Of a stretch of 64,000 nt of DNA, positions 10,272 to 22,965 are shown in pieces. This DNA comes from Macrostomum lignano (Eukaryota), in assembly GCA_002269645.1 (NCBI GenBank), contig NIVC01000869.1, positions 1 through 64,000 of the forward strand, given 5' to 3'. Position 1 is the first letter of the stretch. Every line of letters begins with the position of its first letter. The notes under the pieces are model-generated. The model had not been told where the DNA came from. It saw nothing but the letters and a program-made list of their open reading frames with translations, and searched no databases. The translations under genes were made by a program, and so were the position numbers.

Positions 10272-10706
10272 ATGGGCAACGCACTGTCGAAACAGGCGCC
10301 CCAGCCTCAGCAGCTATATGACTGCCCGATATGTTTAACTGATGACTTGGCTGTCAAGCCACCGACTATTTGCATCAATGGACATAAAGTTTGCGGACAA
10401 TGTTTAAGTGATTCACACTATATTCAGCCCTGGCAGAGTTGTCCCCTCTGTAGAGAAAGTTTGCGACAATGCGCCTATTGTTATTCTTGGCGCACGTTTC
10501 AATATGGTAACCATCAACATTTTATTTGCATGCACTGTTTGAAGCAAACCGCTAGTAGGGGCGTTATAGGATGCCCCTTATGTAATAGTATGCCGCGAGA
10601 CTGCACGTTTCGAAAGTGGTGTCGTATCAAACCTGATGCCACCCGATGTCTACGCGATATTCGAGTTTTGACCGCAATATGTACTGAAAAGTTTTTAGAG
10701 TTTTGA
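10272..10706 (+). CDS. Accessory tandem RING-finger protein with N-myristoylation motif
   Basis: Starts MGNALSK. C-x2-C-x12-C-x3-H-x2-C-x2-C-x12-C-x2-C fits RING-HC; a second unit reads CAYC...HQH..CMHC...CPLC. Lies inside the element, between pol and the PPT. Confidence 0.75.
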   Translation: MGNALSKQAPQPQQLYDCPICLTDDLAVKPPTICINGHKVCGQCLSDSHYIQPWQSCPLCRESLRQCAYCYSWRTFQYGNHQHFICMHCLKQTASRGVIGCPLCNSMPRDCTFRKWCRIKPDATRCLRDIRVLTAICTEKFLEF

Positions 10707-10819
10707 CCAAACCCTCGCTTCTCTAGACGCGCACAAAATCAATTGTTTATTTCCTATATTAACTGATCACCACAGAATTTTATTATTTTATTGTTAAAAC
10801 TCGGGACGAGTTTTTTCGT

Positions 10820-10830
10820 AAAAAAGGGAG
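10820..10830 (+). promoter_or_regulatory. Polypurine tract
   Basis: AAAAAAGGGAG, 4 nt upstream of the 3' LTR TG. Confidence 0.75.
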
Positions 10831-10834
10831 ATTT

Positions 10835-11698
10835 TGTAGAGTGTTCTACCTCCCGTTAAAAAAGGTAAAAAGAAGATAATCGTATAATGCTACTATAAGT
10901 AAGTAAGTACACGCATGTGCGCCTAAGCTTTGAATGAATCACGCTACCAGAAAAAGATGTTACCAGAATAATACGCCATGAGCCATTTTCCCCTTTTAGC
11001 GCAACACGTGAATTGTCATGATACTATTTTGGATCAAAAACTTGTCTATAAATACAAGCGATCTGAAGCGGTACCGGAGCCATTCTCCCCACGGAAGAGG
11101 AGCGCTCCGAAGAGGAAGCCTTAGGAGGACTTCCTGATCTACCAAGTCAATCGAGGCTCGGTCGAGTTGTTGCGGTAAGCCTTCCTTATTTGCGCCCGTT
11201 GTGTTAGAGACGTCTCGCTCAAGTCTATTGAGACTTGAGTCTAATTGAGTCTGTTGAGACTCTTGAGTCTGTTTAGACTCCATTGGTTGCAGTCTCCAGA
11301 AGGACTGCCCCTGATAGATCTTAGAGGACTATCAGTGGTTTCCGGAGCTATACCTAGAGTGCATAGAGGCACTGCTAGAAGAAGGAGGCTTAATTTAGAC
11401 CGCAGTTTGGCGCAGGGTACCCATTGTTGCTACGAGGCCTCTGATTGGTCCTGACGGAAGATACCGGCCGGAAGAACTTATCGGAAGTACAAGAGGAACC
11501 AGGACCAGAGCAACTGAAGAATCAAGGCGCCTGATCTACGAGATCTACTGACAAGTTCCTAGCGAGAACTACTCAAGAAATTCAAATCCGGATTAAAGGT
11601 AATTGAATACCTTCGTTTGACTTACTGGGTTGCCTAGCTGTTGAGCTAGAAGTGATTGTTCCTTGATTATCGAAAGTCGGGTAATAAGGAACACATCA
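10835..11698 (+). repeat. 3' LTR (864 bp)
   Basis: Copy of 1095-1958, followed by the CCGG TSD. Confidence 0.97.
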
Positions 11699-11899
11699 CC
11701 GGCTTTTGGCTTCCGGTCAGAGTCCCTGAAAACTGATGAATCAGCTGTTGGTAGTTCATTGTATGAGCTTTTCCCGAATATAAACTGTGAGCAGATCAAG
11801 GCTGCTGCTCCGAGCAGTCGGTGAGTAGCCAAAGATGTCACGCAGTTGAAATCTAATGCCATGTAGAAAATTAGCTTTCTGAATTGGGAAGAAAATTGC

Positions 11900-12500
11900 T
11901 TTCTTAAACACTTTGCTCATGTAGCTGCCCCATTCGACATAGGATGACATGCTCACAGTTCGCAGCACGGAGTTCCAGTTGCATTTTGTTGACTCCACAA
12001 TGCTGCATTGCAAGTTGATCAGGTTGGTGGGCGGACAACCGATGCAGCAGCGTGACACTTGCCGTCCAGGTGGGATCTTTACGGACTGATTTCCGAATGC
12101 CAGCCACTGTAGAATTTTACGAGGTACTTGATGGAAGGAACAATTCTGCTCGAGCCGTGTTGTTGAGCACTACTGTTCTCAACTCTTGGATTTCAAACTT
12201 TATGCCAATATCTCTAGCGCTGCTCCGCCCCATTAAACCGGACTCATCAGCTTCCATTTCAGACTCCCTGTCGCTCATTGCATCGAAGAACAGTGACTCA
12301 GAGTTGGCCAGCAGCTCATTCATGCGCTCAACCAGTTCCTCCATTCTAGCAAAGCGTCCGGGTTGAAGAACCAGGGTCTCATGCTCTCTTCCATCTGAGA
12401 CAGTGAAGCAGTAAGGCTCGTCAACATTGAACCATGCAGCAGGCAGATGGATTTCAGCCAGACCTGCCTCATAGTCCACATTTCGATCCAAGTAAATAGG
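11900..12500 (-). pseudogene. Polinton minor capsid (penton)-like remnant
   Basis: YEAGLAEIHLPAAWFNV matches the (W/Y)EVGL.EI..P..W.N motif of Polinton penton proteins; the C-terminus is degenerate. Confidence 0.65.
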
Positions 12501-12676
12501 TGAAGGCAGGTAAAAATGAAAGTCACTAGGAGTACTGAAATAAAGTCAAGACAAAACTTTATTTTGGCTCAAAAGCACGAAAAACTTTACCGGCTAAAAA
12601 GCCTGCTTTATATTAAACTATTTGATATTGATCGGCATACTCACCGCACCCCCCAACCCGCGCTAGCAAGTACATG

Positions 12677-12808
<132 letters not shown>

Positions 12809-12934
12809 AAAACAACTCAACCTAGCCCCGCCCCCAGCGCGCACGCAGGCCAAGCTATCACAAGTACCTTCAGCATTTTCGCTACAAATGATGATGCTTC
12901 TCATAGTTGGGAATGGCTGCACAATGTCGGCATC

Positions 12935-14014
12935 TTACACTTTTCTCAAGTCCTTCTCATCCACCCAGACAGTGGACTTGTAGCCGGCCCACTTGACGAG
13001 ATATCGGATCTTACCCTTCCGTTTCTCAGTCTTTAGAACCTTCTCGATTACATACAGCCGCTGTGAGTCTGGAACAGCTTGCAGCTCATGCTCGTGGAAG
13101 AGGCCTTGAATGTCTTCTCCCTTCATATCTCGAATCCTGTACATGTAGGGATAATGCTTTGGTGCCCTAGACACTATGGTGTACACCTCTTCGCTCCAGT
13201 TCGCCTCATATCCCTTCCTGAAAAGTCTAGGTGCATTGGAAATACGCACTGATTAGCTTTCACAGAACTTCGGGTTTCTCAGTTTCTCAACTGTCTCAAT
13301 CGCTTTCCCATCTTAAAGGTTCATCCACACTTCAGTCTCGTTTGCTTTGCTGACATTCATTGGTGCAGTCTTGATGCTTCTGTGGAAAGTATTGTTATAG
13401 GACTTGACCAGTTTAGGCAGCACATCAAGCCATTGCAGAGTGCTGTTGTAAGTAAAGTAACGCCACATCTTGCTTTTTAAAGTTCGATTCCATCTTTCTA
13501 TAATGGCTGCTTTGTGCTCACTGCTAGTTGGAAACGCCAGAATCTCCCGGTCTATGCAGAACTGGCGAAAAATTGCGTTGACAAACTCCTTTCCCTGATC
13601 TGTGCGGACAGTGCGCGGCTGCCGCTTTGAGCTCTTCAGCATGCTCTCAAACGCAGATTTCACTTCTGCTGCGCTTTTAGACTTCAGTGCTCGGGCCATT
13701 GCAAATTTAGATAAAACATCAATGCAGGTGAGAATTTATTTATGCCTGCGATTATACTTTGCAAATGGAATCATTTCCACCAGATCCATCTCCCACTGAT
13801 CATCAATGGCCCTCACTATTATTGGCGCCCTTGGAAATCGTACTCTAGCTGGCTTATGCAGAGTGTGTACTGACTGCTGACTTAGCCACTGCTCAATGCT
13901 CTTGACTCCGATATGATGACCTCTTTTTCGCAGTTCATATCGCAGCTTTAAAGAACTACAATAGCTTGCTCGTTGATTTGGGTTGAAATAATTTTTTTCC
14001 ATTTTCAGAAACAA
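12935..14014 (-). pseudogene. Polinton/Maverick retroviral-like integrase with C-terminal chromodomain
   Basis: DQWEMDLVEM, RTDQGKEF, IIERWNRTLK, FRKGYEANWSEE and YVIEKVLK...YLVKWAGY. Broken into three ORFs by stops or frameshifts. Confidence 0.85.
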
Positions 14015-15719
14015 AGAAACACTTTTTTATATTTCGGTTTTCTTAAGACATTGAAAAATGCATTGCGCATGTGAAAGCAAGCATATATATTTTTATTTTC
14101 AAACAAAGAGATGGAAAGCAGGTCTGGATAAAAATAGCTCAGAGTTTGTCTCAATGTCAGAGAGTCAGCAGTCAGTCGAGGCACGGCCTGGGCAGCTTCA
14201 TGGCGTCCAAGCTGCGCAGAGCGAACGGTGGCTGCTTGCGTTTTCTGGCGTTCTCAGCGGCGGCTGCTTGAGCTCGGAACTGGTACCAGACTGGGTCCTC
14301 TTGCAGATCAGTGTCCTGCTGAGGAATCGCTCCAGCTGCAGGCTTGGTCAGTTGCAGAGGCGTTGAAGTGGCAAACGCTGTGTCGATTTGCAGATTGGAT
14401 GGCATGCCAGCCACATCGCCAGCAGCGGCAGCATCGTCCTCCGCATTCACTACCGGCTTGGTCTCTTCCGCGTTTTCGCCAGCACCGTCTTCATTTTCGA
14501 TGCTGTTGGAGGCAGATCCCTACTCCAGCTCGTATACATCGGAAATCTCAAGTGGAGCCGATAGCTGCTCGTCGATCCAATCCGCGTACTGCCACAGCTT
14601 TCACCACAGCGGCGGTGTCAGCGGCACGGTGTTCCGCTTAAGAAACTCGTCGCAGCAGTCCTCCGGCAATCGCTTTAACCAGATCGCTTTAACTATGTTC
14701 TCTCACTAAGGCCCCATAGAATTTCCATGGCTTTCCCTCCGGCGGAGTCCACCAATGCATTTACATAGGCGCTATGTTTACACACTATAGGCCCGTGGTT
14801 TTCCCACGGAAATTCCTGCGGCAGAGTCCACATTTCCCCTACTACTACCAGCCAATCATGCAGCGACGTGGGCCAGACCGTACCATTTTCTTACTACTAC
14901 TATAGCAGACTTTAGCAGAATTAGCTTATGCAGCTTGTTGCTATTCAACTCTCAGAATATTTTATGATGTCTCTGTTATTGGCTGCGCTCGTCCTAAAGG
15001 CTACTCGGGGTATTTCTGGACTGAACGATGTCATTGCTGAGCTGACCTCAGGGCATGGAGAGCAGCAGCAGTTGCCGCCTTCGTAGCCGCCTCCGCAACT
15101 ACGACCAAATAATCCTCAGGACCCCGAAGATGGAGTTGGCGGAGGAGTCGACGGTGGAGGTGGCAGCGGAGTCGATGGTGGTGGCGGCGTTGGAGGTGGC
15201 AGCGGAGGCGGCAGCGGAGGTGGCGGTAGAGGTGGCGGTAGAGGTGGCGGTGGCGTGGGAGCAGAAGAAACCTTAAAACTTCCTATAAGCAATGGACCGA
15301 TCTATATCCAGTATGGACAGGGTAGCCACATACATGTCTACAACGGGCAGCCACCGTCTTCTTGACTTGACTTTGAGCTACTGACATTGAGCGAAGGCAT
15401 ATGTGCGTATGCAAGTTAATGGATTGATGAGACAACATGTATGACAGCTATTTGTGACATTGGCCGTATGAATAAAGTGAGTAGTAGCTCAAAATCGGCG
15501 AGATTCTCAAATCAGTATAAATAAAATGAGTGCGTCTTCCTGAGCAAGTGCTCAAAATCAATCTTTGTAGAGACTCGCTTCAGTATGAATAATTATAAGG
15601 TCATAGACAAAATATCTTGAGATCTTGCTCAGCAAAATTCGAGTCTCCTCTGTAGTAGACTCACTGGTTGAGCAGCATCCAACCACTGCAAGCCACTGGC
15701 TACTTGTGTTATTCCAGAT

Positions 15720-15909
15720 GGCCGAATTCATTCCAGACAGAGTGCCTGCGGAGCGAAAACTGTATATGGAGCGACACAATATGGACGTGTATCGCGACGA
15801 TGAGCATAAGCGGCTCTTTCGTTTCTCTCGTGAAAGCGTTGGGTTCTTGATTCATATGAACATTGAGCAACTGCTCGAGTTCGAGCTCTTGCGCAATCTC
15901 AGAGTTTGA
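15720..15909 (+). pseudogene. PIF/Harbinger transposase N-terminal fragment
   Basis: YRDDEHKRLFRFSRESVGFL resembles the D..F...FR.S motif near the start of HARBI1-type transposases; truncated. Confidence 0.4.
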
Positions 15910-17240
15910 GGTGAAATTTGCCAGTTTTTGCTCACTTTATTCATACGGCCCTATAGAAGAGACGTGTATTTCTGTTTCCTTTGGCTATTGGTCCCCTGCT
16001 CAAAACTAATGGTTCTTATAAATAATCCTGCTATTTTGAGTTACATTTGCTGAAAGAATCAATGAAGCATCTTGAGATGCACGATCAATAATGTCTTTCT
16101 TCTCGAAGCCATGGACAAATTCTACAAGCAGACAGCGACACCAGAGATCTGTTTACTCAATATAAATAAATGTAAGTTAGGGATTTCAGTGCTGGGGTAC
16201 TGGCGCTGTAATCGCGTTTAGCTGACAGGACGGTCGCCTTTGTGCGTGCTTGCACGGGCTGTTCTTTGTGCCGGCGAGTGGGGTGTGGGGGTGCGTAAGG
16301 GGGGCCGTAGCCAGCGGTAGCGCTGCTGCTCTGGTGTGCCAGCGACCCAGGCTCGATTCTTCCAAGTGCAGTCACATTAATTTGGGGCTGAATTGGAATC
16401 TCGGCTTGGCTCTGCTCGTGCAATTAACGGCCTTGAGAGCCAACCCCCCCCCCCCCCAAGGCGCAGTGAAGTGTACATGCCTAACGATAATATAAAGTTA
16501 GGGCCGCTGTACACTCCTGTGAGTGTGTGCCTGCGTACGTATCCGCGCGCTTGTATGCCTGCTCAGGGGAGTCGGCGGAATGGGCAGTAATGCCTCTCGC
16601 CGGCTGTGTGCCTATGTCGCTTAAAGTGCGCCAGGGTGCACACAACCCCCGCCTCTAATAAAAAAGTGGGGGGTGCGTGGGGTGGCGGGGCGGTTGGCCT
16701 TTTAAGTGCGTGCGCGATGGTCTGAGCAGCGCGCTCTGCCCTCGCAAGTTTTCGCGCTTTGAGGCGCTTGTTCTGCTCGTCTCCCCGGTGTTATGCCAAC
16801 CATTATCCTAGGCATAAAAGTATTCGGCTGAATAACTTTGGATGCGTTACTTTATCTGGGCCCAGATTGAATATGGCACGACATAAGTCGTGCCAAGGGC
16901 ACTCCTAGGCTGATTTCTCTCTGGGGTTTACGAGATTAAAAACTTGTGAATAATCAGTTTAAGCTGTGATCTGATATCACATACATGAACACTGCCAAAG
17001 TTTTTATAGCTGTGCATTCCGTCTGCAAGTCTGTTGACAAGATTTTAAAGTCCTCTGACTTTCAGTACATCGAAATCTATGCAGTATACGTACAATGTAC
17101 ATTTTGTTACGCAATACGTTGCCTATCAATAACTGTAAGTTTAAATATATCGACTACACTGGACTTCGTGCACTTGGCTTCCTTATTTTGAGATACTAAT
17201 ACATAAACATGTCTGTCGCGTTTTCCGACATAAACTTTAT

Positions 17241-17775
17241 TTGCTTAGTGACGCATACGACGTCCCTGTGTCTTTAACAACAACTAAGGAGAAGAATAAT
17301 TTCAAAAGCAAGGTTCGGCAAAAGGCGCGCAACTTCAGGTACGAGGGCCAGCAACTGTTCTATCAGCTCTCAGCTCGGGATGATAAGTCAGAAGAAGCGC
17401 CATCGGTCAAGGGAGCGTCGCCTGGAGGTTGAAGAACAAGAAGAACGGAGTCGATTAATTCAAGAGTATCACACCTCTGCGACTGGATGAGCTCATCAGG
17501 GGATAAAGTCCACCCTATCAAAGCTGCAGGGGCGACTTCATTGGGACGGCATGACGAAATCTGTGCAAGATTACGTTCAGAAGTGCGCTGTCTGCCAGCG
17601 CAACAACAAGAGGGCCGTGGCGAACGAACCCCAGTTGACGCCAATTTTGATTCCGTCGATGGCCGAACGAGTATTCGGTTTTGTCTGCGTTGACTACGTC
17701 ATGTTCGAGCCATCTTCGAAACGATTGATTAAGCGATTAATAGTTTTTGTGGCTACGTGTATCAAATCTAAGTAA
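17241..17775 (+). pseudogene. Gypsy/Ginger-like integrase fragment (H2C2 zinc-binding domain)
   Basis: One frame reads SRLIQEYHTSATG*AHQGIKSTLSKLQGRLHWDGMTKSVQDYVQKCAVCQR, with an internal TGA; truncated after VCVDY. Confidence 0.7.
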
Positions 17776-18363
17776 TTTGGTAAATAAATTAGTGATAAGC
17801 GTGCCCCTTTCGGGGTGAAGTTTAAGCTGGTTTATGCCCGGTCGGTCACCGACTCCTCCGCTCTGGTTTTAAGGCCTTCTGGCGTTGACTTTGCTCGCCT
17901 CTTCCGCTGGTGCCGTAGTCTGTTTTTTGTATTTTTATGTGGTCTCATTTATCGTTGTTCACAATTGCTACTCTCTTCCCTTGATTCTTGTTAATCGCAA
18001 TTTTTACGCTTCGAAATAAATTCGATCTATCCTTGCCAAGCCTATGGGCCTTTTTGTTCGTTTGCGCGCCTCGCTTCCCCATGTTAGTGTCTGCGTCTGG
18101 CTTCTTTCATGCTCCGACAGTGGAATTAATCAAAATAAAGTCTTCATTATGAATTTTTGGGCAAAGAAATTTAACCAACATCTTTTAACTTGCAGCAGGT
18201 CGGTAGAAACCAAATTAGAGAAATTATATAGGCGGAAATATATTCGAAAGCTGCTGAACGATTTTGCCTTAGCTAATAAAATCTGCGAGTCCATGCCACA
18301 ACCCATACCAGAAAAAGCGCAACACGAGCTGGAAACACCTGGCGGCTTCGCACTGCAACTTCA

Positions 18364-21300
18364 TCATTTGTCCAGCCGCCGCAAACTTTTCCTCTCTCGA
18401 TGGAACTCTCGACTCATCTGTCGAAACTTCTCTTGGAGCTGGTCCTCCGACAGGCCGACAATGAGGTCGTCGCTCATGTAGGAAGGCTCCTTCTGCATTT
18501 CGGGTAGCGGGGCACGAATCAACAAAGCTACACAACTAAACAAGGGCATTTTTATTCATTTTGCTCAGTACAGATGTCAGTATTCCAAACTTATTTAATA
18601 CTAATGCTATCTACCTCTATAATAGCTAGTAGGTATTTACCCTGATTGGGACACTGCTGTTCAATGCCGCAGGCTCTTCAGCGTCTTCGCTGTCATTAAC
18701 AGCGTTTCCCGATGTGGCTACGGCTGTCGCAATGGGGATGGCGCTGGCGATGCTCGCTGCATTTGAAAATTTGCCGTCCAGCTGATCTGCGTGCTTCAAG
18801 ATGACGCGTATCGCCCTGTTCACGTCAGCCTCGACGGCCCGCTCGCGCACGATGGCGTAGCGAATAATGTAGCGGTCGCGCACGCTGGCGGGCATGAGGT
18901 GCAGGTCACGTGATTGGTTAATCCGGCACACCAGCAGCCGGCTGAGGGCGTCACTGTCCTGCTGGAGTATTATTTCATACGTATAGATGGAAGCCAACTG
19001 AGAATCCCACAAGTTAAAATGCGCAAATAAGTAGAAATAAGTAGTAGATTCCCACCCGAAATCGGAAGCACACTAGCGAGAAGCGAGTCTTGGCGGCCAG
19101 CTGAAATCTCCCATCCTTCAGAAGCTGGGACTCAAAGCTCTGTGCAAGTCGGCAGTGCTGGAAGGAAGAGATAAAGAACAGCGACTTTAAAAGCTAATTA
19201 GCTATTGTTTGTGCATGCATGCCACCATGAACAGTCATTTGTGTTCATGGTAGCATGCCACTAGGCTCACCAGTCTGATGTGCCGCTGCAGCCCCTCGAC
19301 ACCGTACAGTCGAATCACAAACCAGAGCTTGAGTGAGCGAAATCGTCGACTTAACGGGATGCCCCAGTCTTTAAGGTCGCAGATCTGCTCTGAGAAATCC
19401 GCAAGTCTATGCATGGTTAGTTCAAGCTAAAAACCCAAGTATGACTTTAAATATATATTTTTCTTTTAAAATATATACTTTAGACTCATGAAAAATTTTA
19501 AGTTAGCTCTAAAGCTGTAGTATCCATAAGCCGGAAGGCATATTATTAGCATATAAAGCACGCATGGAAAAATGACAGCGAGGACTGTATTAATCCGAGT
19601 GTAGAAGGTTTAACACTAGGAATAAAAAACCAGGGGAGAATCCTCCCTGACAATTTTTGCTTCACCAGAACGGAGCAGCGCAGGGACACGAAATTCAAGA
19701 ACGACTAATTGGCTAATTGGCTAATTGGCGCACAGGGGTGAATTGAATACACCAGCGCTTATGGTAAAAGTCGGAGCTTCTGGCAGAGTTGTTGAATTTC
19801 TCCCACGGTTTGAAAGTCTGGCGACTTGATTCTTGTTCGCGAAGGTGCGCAACAAAACAATTAGTCTGTGTTCTTAAATTTCGCGTGCCTGCATGGCTAC
19901 GCTGCTCCGTTCTGGCGCAGCAAATTTTCAGGGGTCAAGGTGCTAGATTTACTGTTTCGAGCGTAAAATGCATTTCTTTTAACAATAAAATCAGAAATAT
20001 TAAAGGACTCTCAAAGAAACCAGTCAATGATGTTTTATGCATGCAGTTTTATGTTGTTGTCCAACATGGCTTTTCAGTCTCACCTTAATGAGCAAAAACT
20101 CACCCAGTGGATTCGAAATCGGAGCGTCATCGACCGGAATCGATGCCCGAGGACCGGAAACAAAGGCGTCCTTCAGCTTGGCTTGACTTTTAACCCTGTG
20201 AGTGTGTGCAGAAGTGGTGCTGTCTATTAGATAGTTACTCTACAGATCGCATATTACTGGTTACTCTTACTTTTTACTACAAAAAATTGGTTTCCCACTC
20301 ACCAGAGTACGCTGGCGTCGAAAGTGCACAGCAGCCATTTGCTCGGATTGAAGTTGAACGAGTCGACTAACTGGAATGCCGAAAATAGATTCATAATATT
20401 CAAGCTTCTGGGTTTATAGTGCAACATCTGATCATATGTTATGAATGGCTACTATGCTCATAAAATACAAATATCAAAAACCTCAATGCCTTGTAAGAGC
20501 GGACGGAACTCCGGGCACACCAGGGCGCCACCGGAGTACGCGGCGTCAACGTGGCACCAGAGCTGCTCGCGATGACAAACTGCGCCGACATCGCTCAGGT
20601 TGTCGCAAGAAGCGCAGGCTGTGGTGCCGAGGACAGCGCATACCTGAGAAAGCATGGATAGCGTGGGTGTGAAGATGCCATGTTGGAATGCGTGAGTTGC
20701 CTAGTTGCTCTTTTAGCCTGTTCGCTACTCAATCAAGTCGTTGAGTAACCAAAAGTCAATATGCCTAGATTCTGAGTACTTTATGACATTTTTCATTGTT
20801 AGTTAGGGCTCAATTGATCTCGCATAAAATTTAAATGAATAGATAGGTAGAGACCCAAGGGATAGAAAAAACGGACCAAATATGTACCGTAGGTTACTGT
20901 CAGAGGAAGAATGACGATGAACGAGATTAGAAGGAAACAGACAACATCCTCTCAAGCAAGCACTTAGCGCAACTGCGCCAGCTCACGTAAAATGGCACCA
21001 GGCCGAGCTGCCGGTCCTCCAGTACCGCGGATTCAAGCAGGTCGCATCGCAGGGCCAGATTTTCGTCGTCGTAGCCAAGCCGGCGCAGCCGGACTCCGCA
21101 GATCACGGCCGCTTTGTCAACGCACGGGTGCGCCAGCTGGGAGCAGTAAGCCACCAGCCGCGACACCGGCAGCGGTTCAGCATCCTTGCCGATGAGCTGC
21201 GTCAGCTTCTCCTTGCGAGCGGCGAGCATGCTGACCAGGACGCAGTCACTCGCTGAGCCCTACGCGGTGTTCGAGGGACATAAGTTTTATCGAATATTCT

Positions 21301-22425
21301 GCTGATTAAATATTCAAGTTTTACTTCTTTTCGTAACTGTTTGAGAGACAATTATTCGAAACTACATGTATCATTATGTGAGCCTAAAATACTAAAAAAG
21401 TTTTCGTGTAGTGTAGTGTAAAACCTAAAGGCGAAAGTATGCTACACCTGATGACACCAACTTGCCACTCATGCCTGATCTGAGCCTGGACTCGCAAAGC
21501 TGCGGTTTTCTTTGCCTATGCGGGTCTGCTTATATCACGTGACTTGGACAGACAACTACGGAACTATTTTCTTAGGACGTTGATAAACTTTCTTTCACTT
21601 TTCGAAGCAAACTGCATCAGGATTTGAGGCTTAAGGCCAGCTTTTACACAGGCAGTCTTGGATGCTGACTACAGCCCACCCGCACGGCTTGGGTTCGAAT
21701 ACCAGGCAGCACGGCCAGCCATTGTAAGCCGACTTTCCCGGCAGCAGGGTGCCTGAGTCACAGGCATCGTGAGGCATGTAAGCTTGTCTCTAATCTAATC
21801 GGCCGGAATCAATCCAATAAACTACTCCAAGAAATGCCAAGCCAAACCTGCAGCGCTCCACCGCCAATGCCGCTGTCATTGCGGAAGTGCGCCGGCATGC
21901 CCATCATCTCCGCTAGCCAGTCGAGCATCAAGCGCTCCAGCTCGGTTAGAGCCGGGTTCGAGCGCCAGGTGAAACCGACCCCAAAGCTGGAGGAGAGCAG
22001 GTCGCCAAGGACTGAGGCGTAGCTGATTCCGATCGGGAAGTAGGCGTTGAAGTCAGGGTGGAGCCAGTGAGCAGTCTGAGGGCAGAAAGTGTTAGCGGTC
22101 ATGCGGTGGAAATTACGAGCTACAATCAAGGCCACCCCAAAAATGACTGTCCGCTAACTGAATGGTAGTGAGTGGGAGTGAGGCGGAGCGCCATAAGTTT
22201 AAAAGATGTGCGTCATACCCCGCTGAGTATGTGCTCCTCCACGTCGCTCATGACCCGCTCCCAGGTCTCTGGCATGTCCGGCGGTCTCAGGGGCAGCCTT
22301 TGCCGAAGATACCCAGGCAGCACTCGAGGCATCGCCTCCCGCCTGTTGCCATTCAAACTCTCGATGTAGTCGGCAATAAAATCAATCAGCTGCTTGCCGC
22401 ATCGGCGAAATTCTGCGGCATCCAT
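18364..22425 (-). CDS. Group II PLP-dependent aromatic amino-acid decarboxylase, tyrosine-decarboxylase-like (multi-exon)
   Basis: GT-AG exons at about 22425-22219, 22075-21848, 21259-20987, 20643-20482, 20370-20303, 20195-20104, 19389-19271, 19168-19053 and 18963-18641, plus an uncertain last exon ending at 18364. Motifs: [37 protein letters not shown] (PLP Lys), [19 protein letters not shown]. Confidence 0.9.
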
Positions 22426-22638
22426 TGCGTCAAGTTGCAGCTCTATGCATCGGCAAAAGAGGAATAAATGCTTTCTGCTTCGTTTTGCTTGGCTTATTAA
22501 TCCCTCTTGTAGTCTATGGCAGAGGAACTGGGCTCCGGCTTCTATTTTATTATTAGAACATTGCAAGTGCAAACGTACTCAACGGAAGTAATAGTAAGTG
22601 AATTTTGGTGTAAAATGTTGAGCTAATTGAATTAATTT

Positions 22639-22684
22639 TCAGACAGACAGACGCTAAGACAGACAGACAGACAGACAGACACTA

Positions 22685-22765
<81 letters not shown>

Positions 22766-22768
22766 CTA

Positions 22769-22861
<93 letters not shown>

Positions 22862-22862
22862 C
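22639..22862. repeat. (ACAG)n microsatellite
   Basis: Tetranucleotide run with ACTA interruptions. Confidence 0.97.
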
Positions 22863-22874
22863 ATAGACGCGATC

Positions 22875-22965
22875 AGATTAGACTAGATCAGATTAGATTA
22901 GATTAGATTAGATTAGATAAGATTAGATTTGATTAGATTAGATTAGATTAGATTAGATTAGATTA
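22875..22965. repeat. (GATTA)n microsatellite
   Basis: Pentanucleotide run directly after the ACAG array. Confidence 0.93.

Larger units (their letters stand above)
1095..11698 (+). mobile_element. Full-length Ty3/Gypsy LTR retrotransposon with gag, internal env-like gene, pol and RING ORF
   Basis: TG...CA direct LTRs, 4-bp TSD CCGG (1091-1094 and 11699-11702), PBS-like TGG after the 5' LTR, PPT before the 3' LTR, Pol order PR-RT-RH-IN. Confidence 0.97.

Noticed and set aside
14172-14709. Possible Myb-like partner gene of the Harbinger fragment
   Set aside because: Stop-interrupted, with no diagnostic Trp spacing that I could confirm.
16150-16800. GC-rich segment resembling the Ngaro terminal repeats
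   Set aside because: The similarity is compositional only; no alignable match or ORF.
21660-21780. tRNA gene from the GGTTCGAATAC B-box-like motif
   Set aside because: No cloverleaf or convincing A-box could be built; at most a SINE relic in an intron.
18364-22425. Calling the decarboxylase HDC or DDC
   Set aside because: The motifs are mixed (NPSKW is HDC-like; WGIPLSRR and [14 protein letters not shown] are TDC-like). A phylogeny is needed, so no symbol is given.
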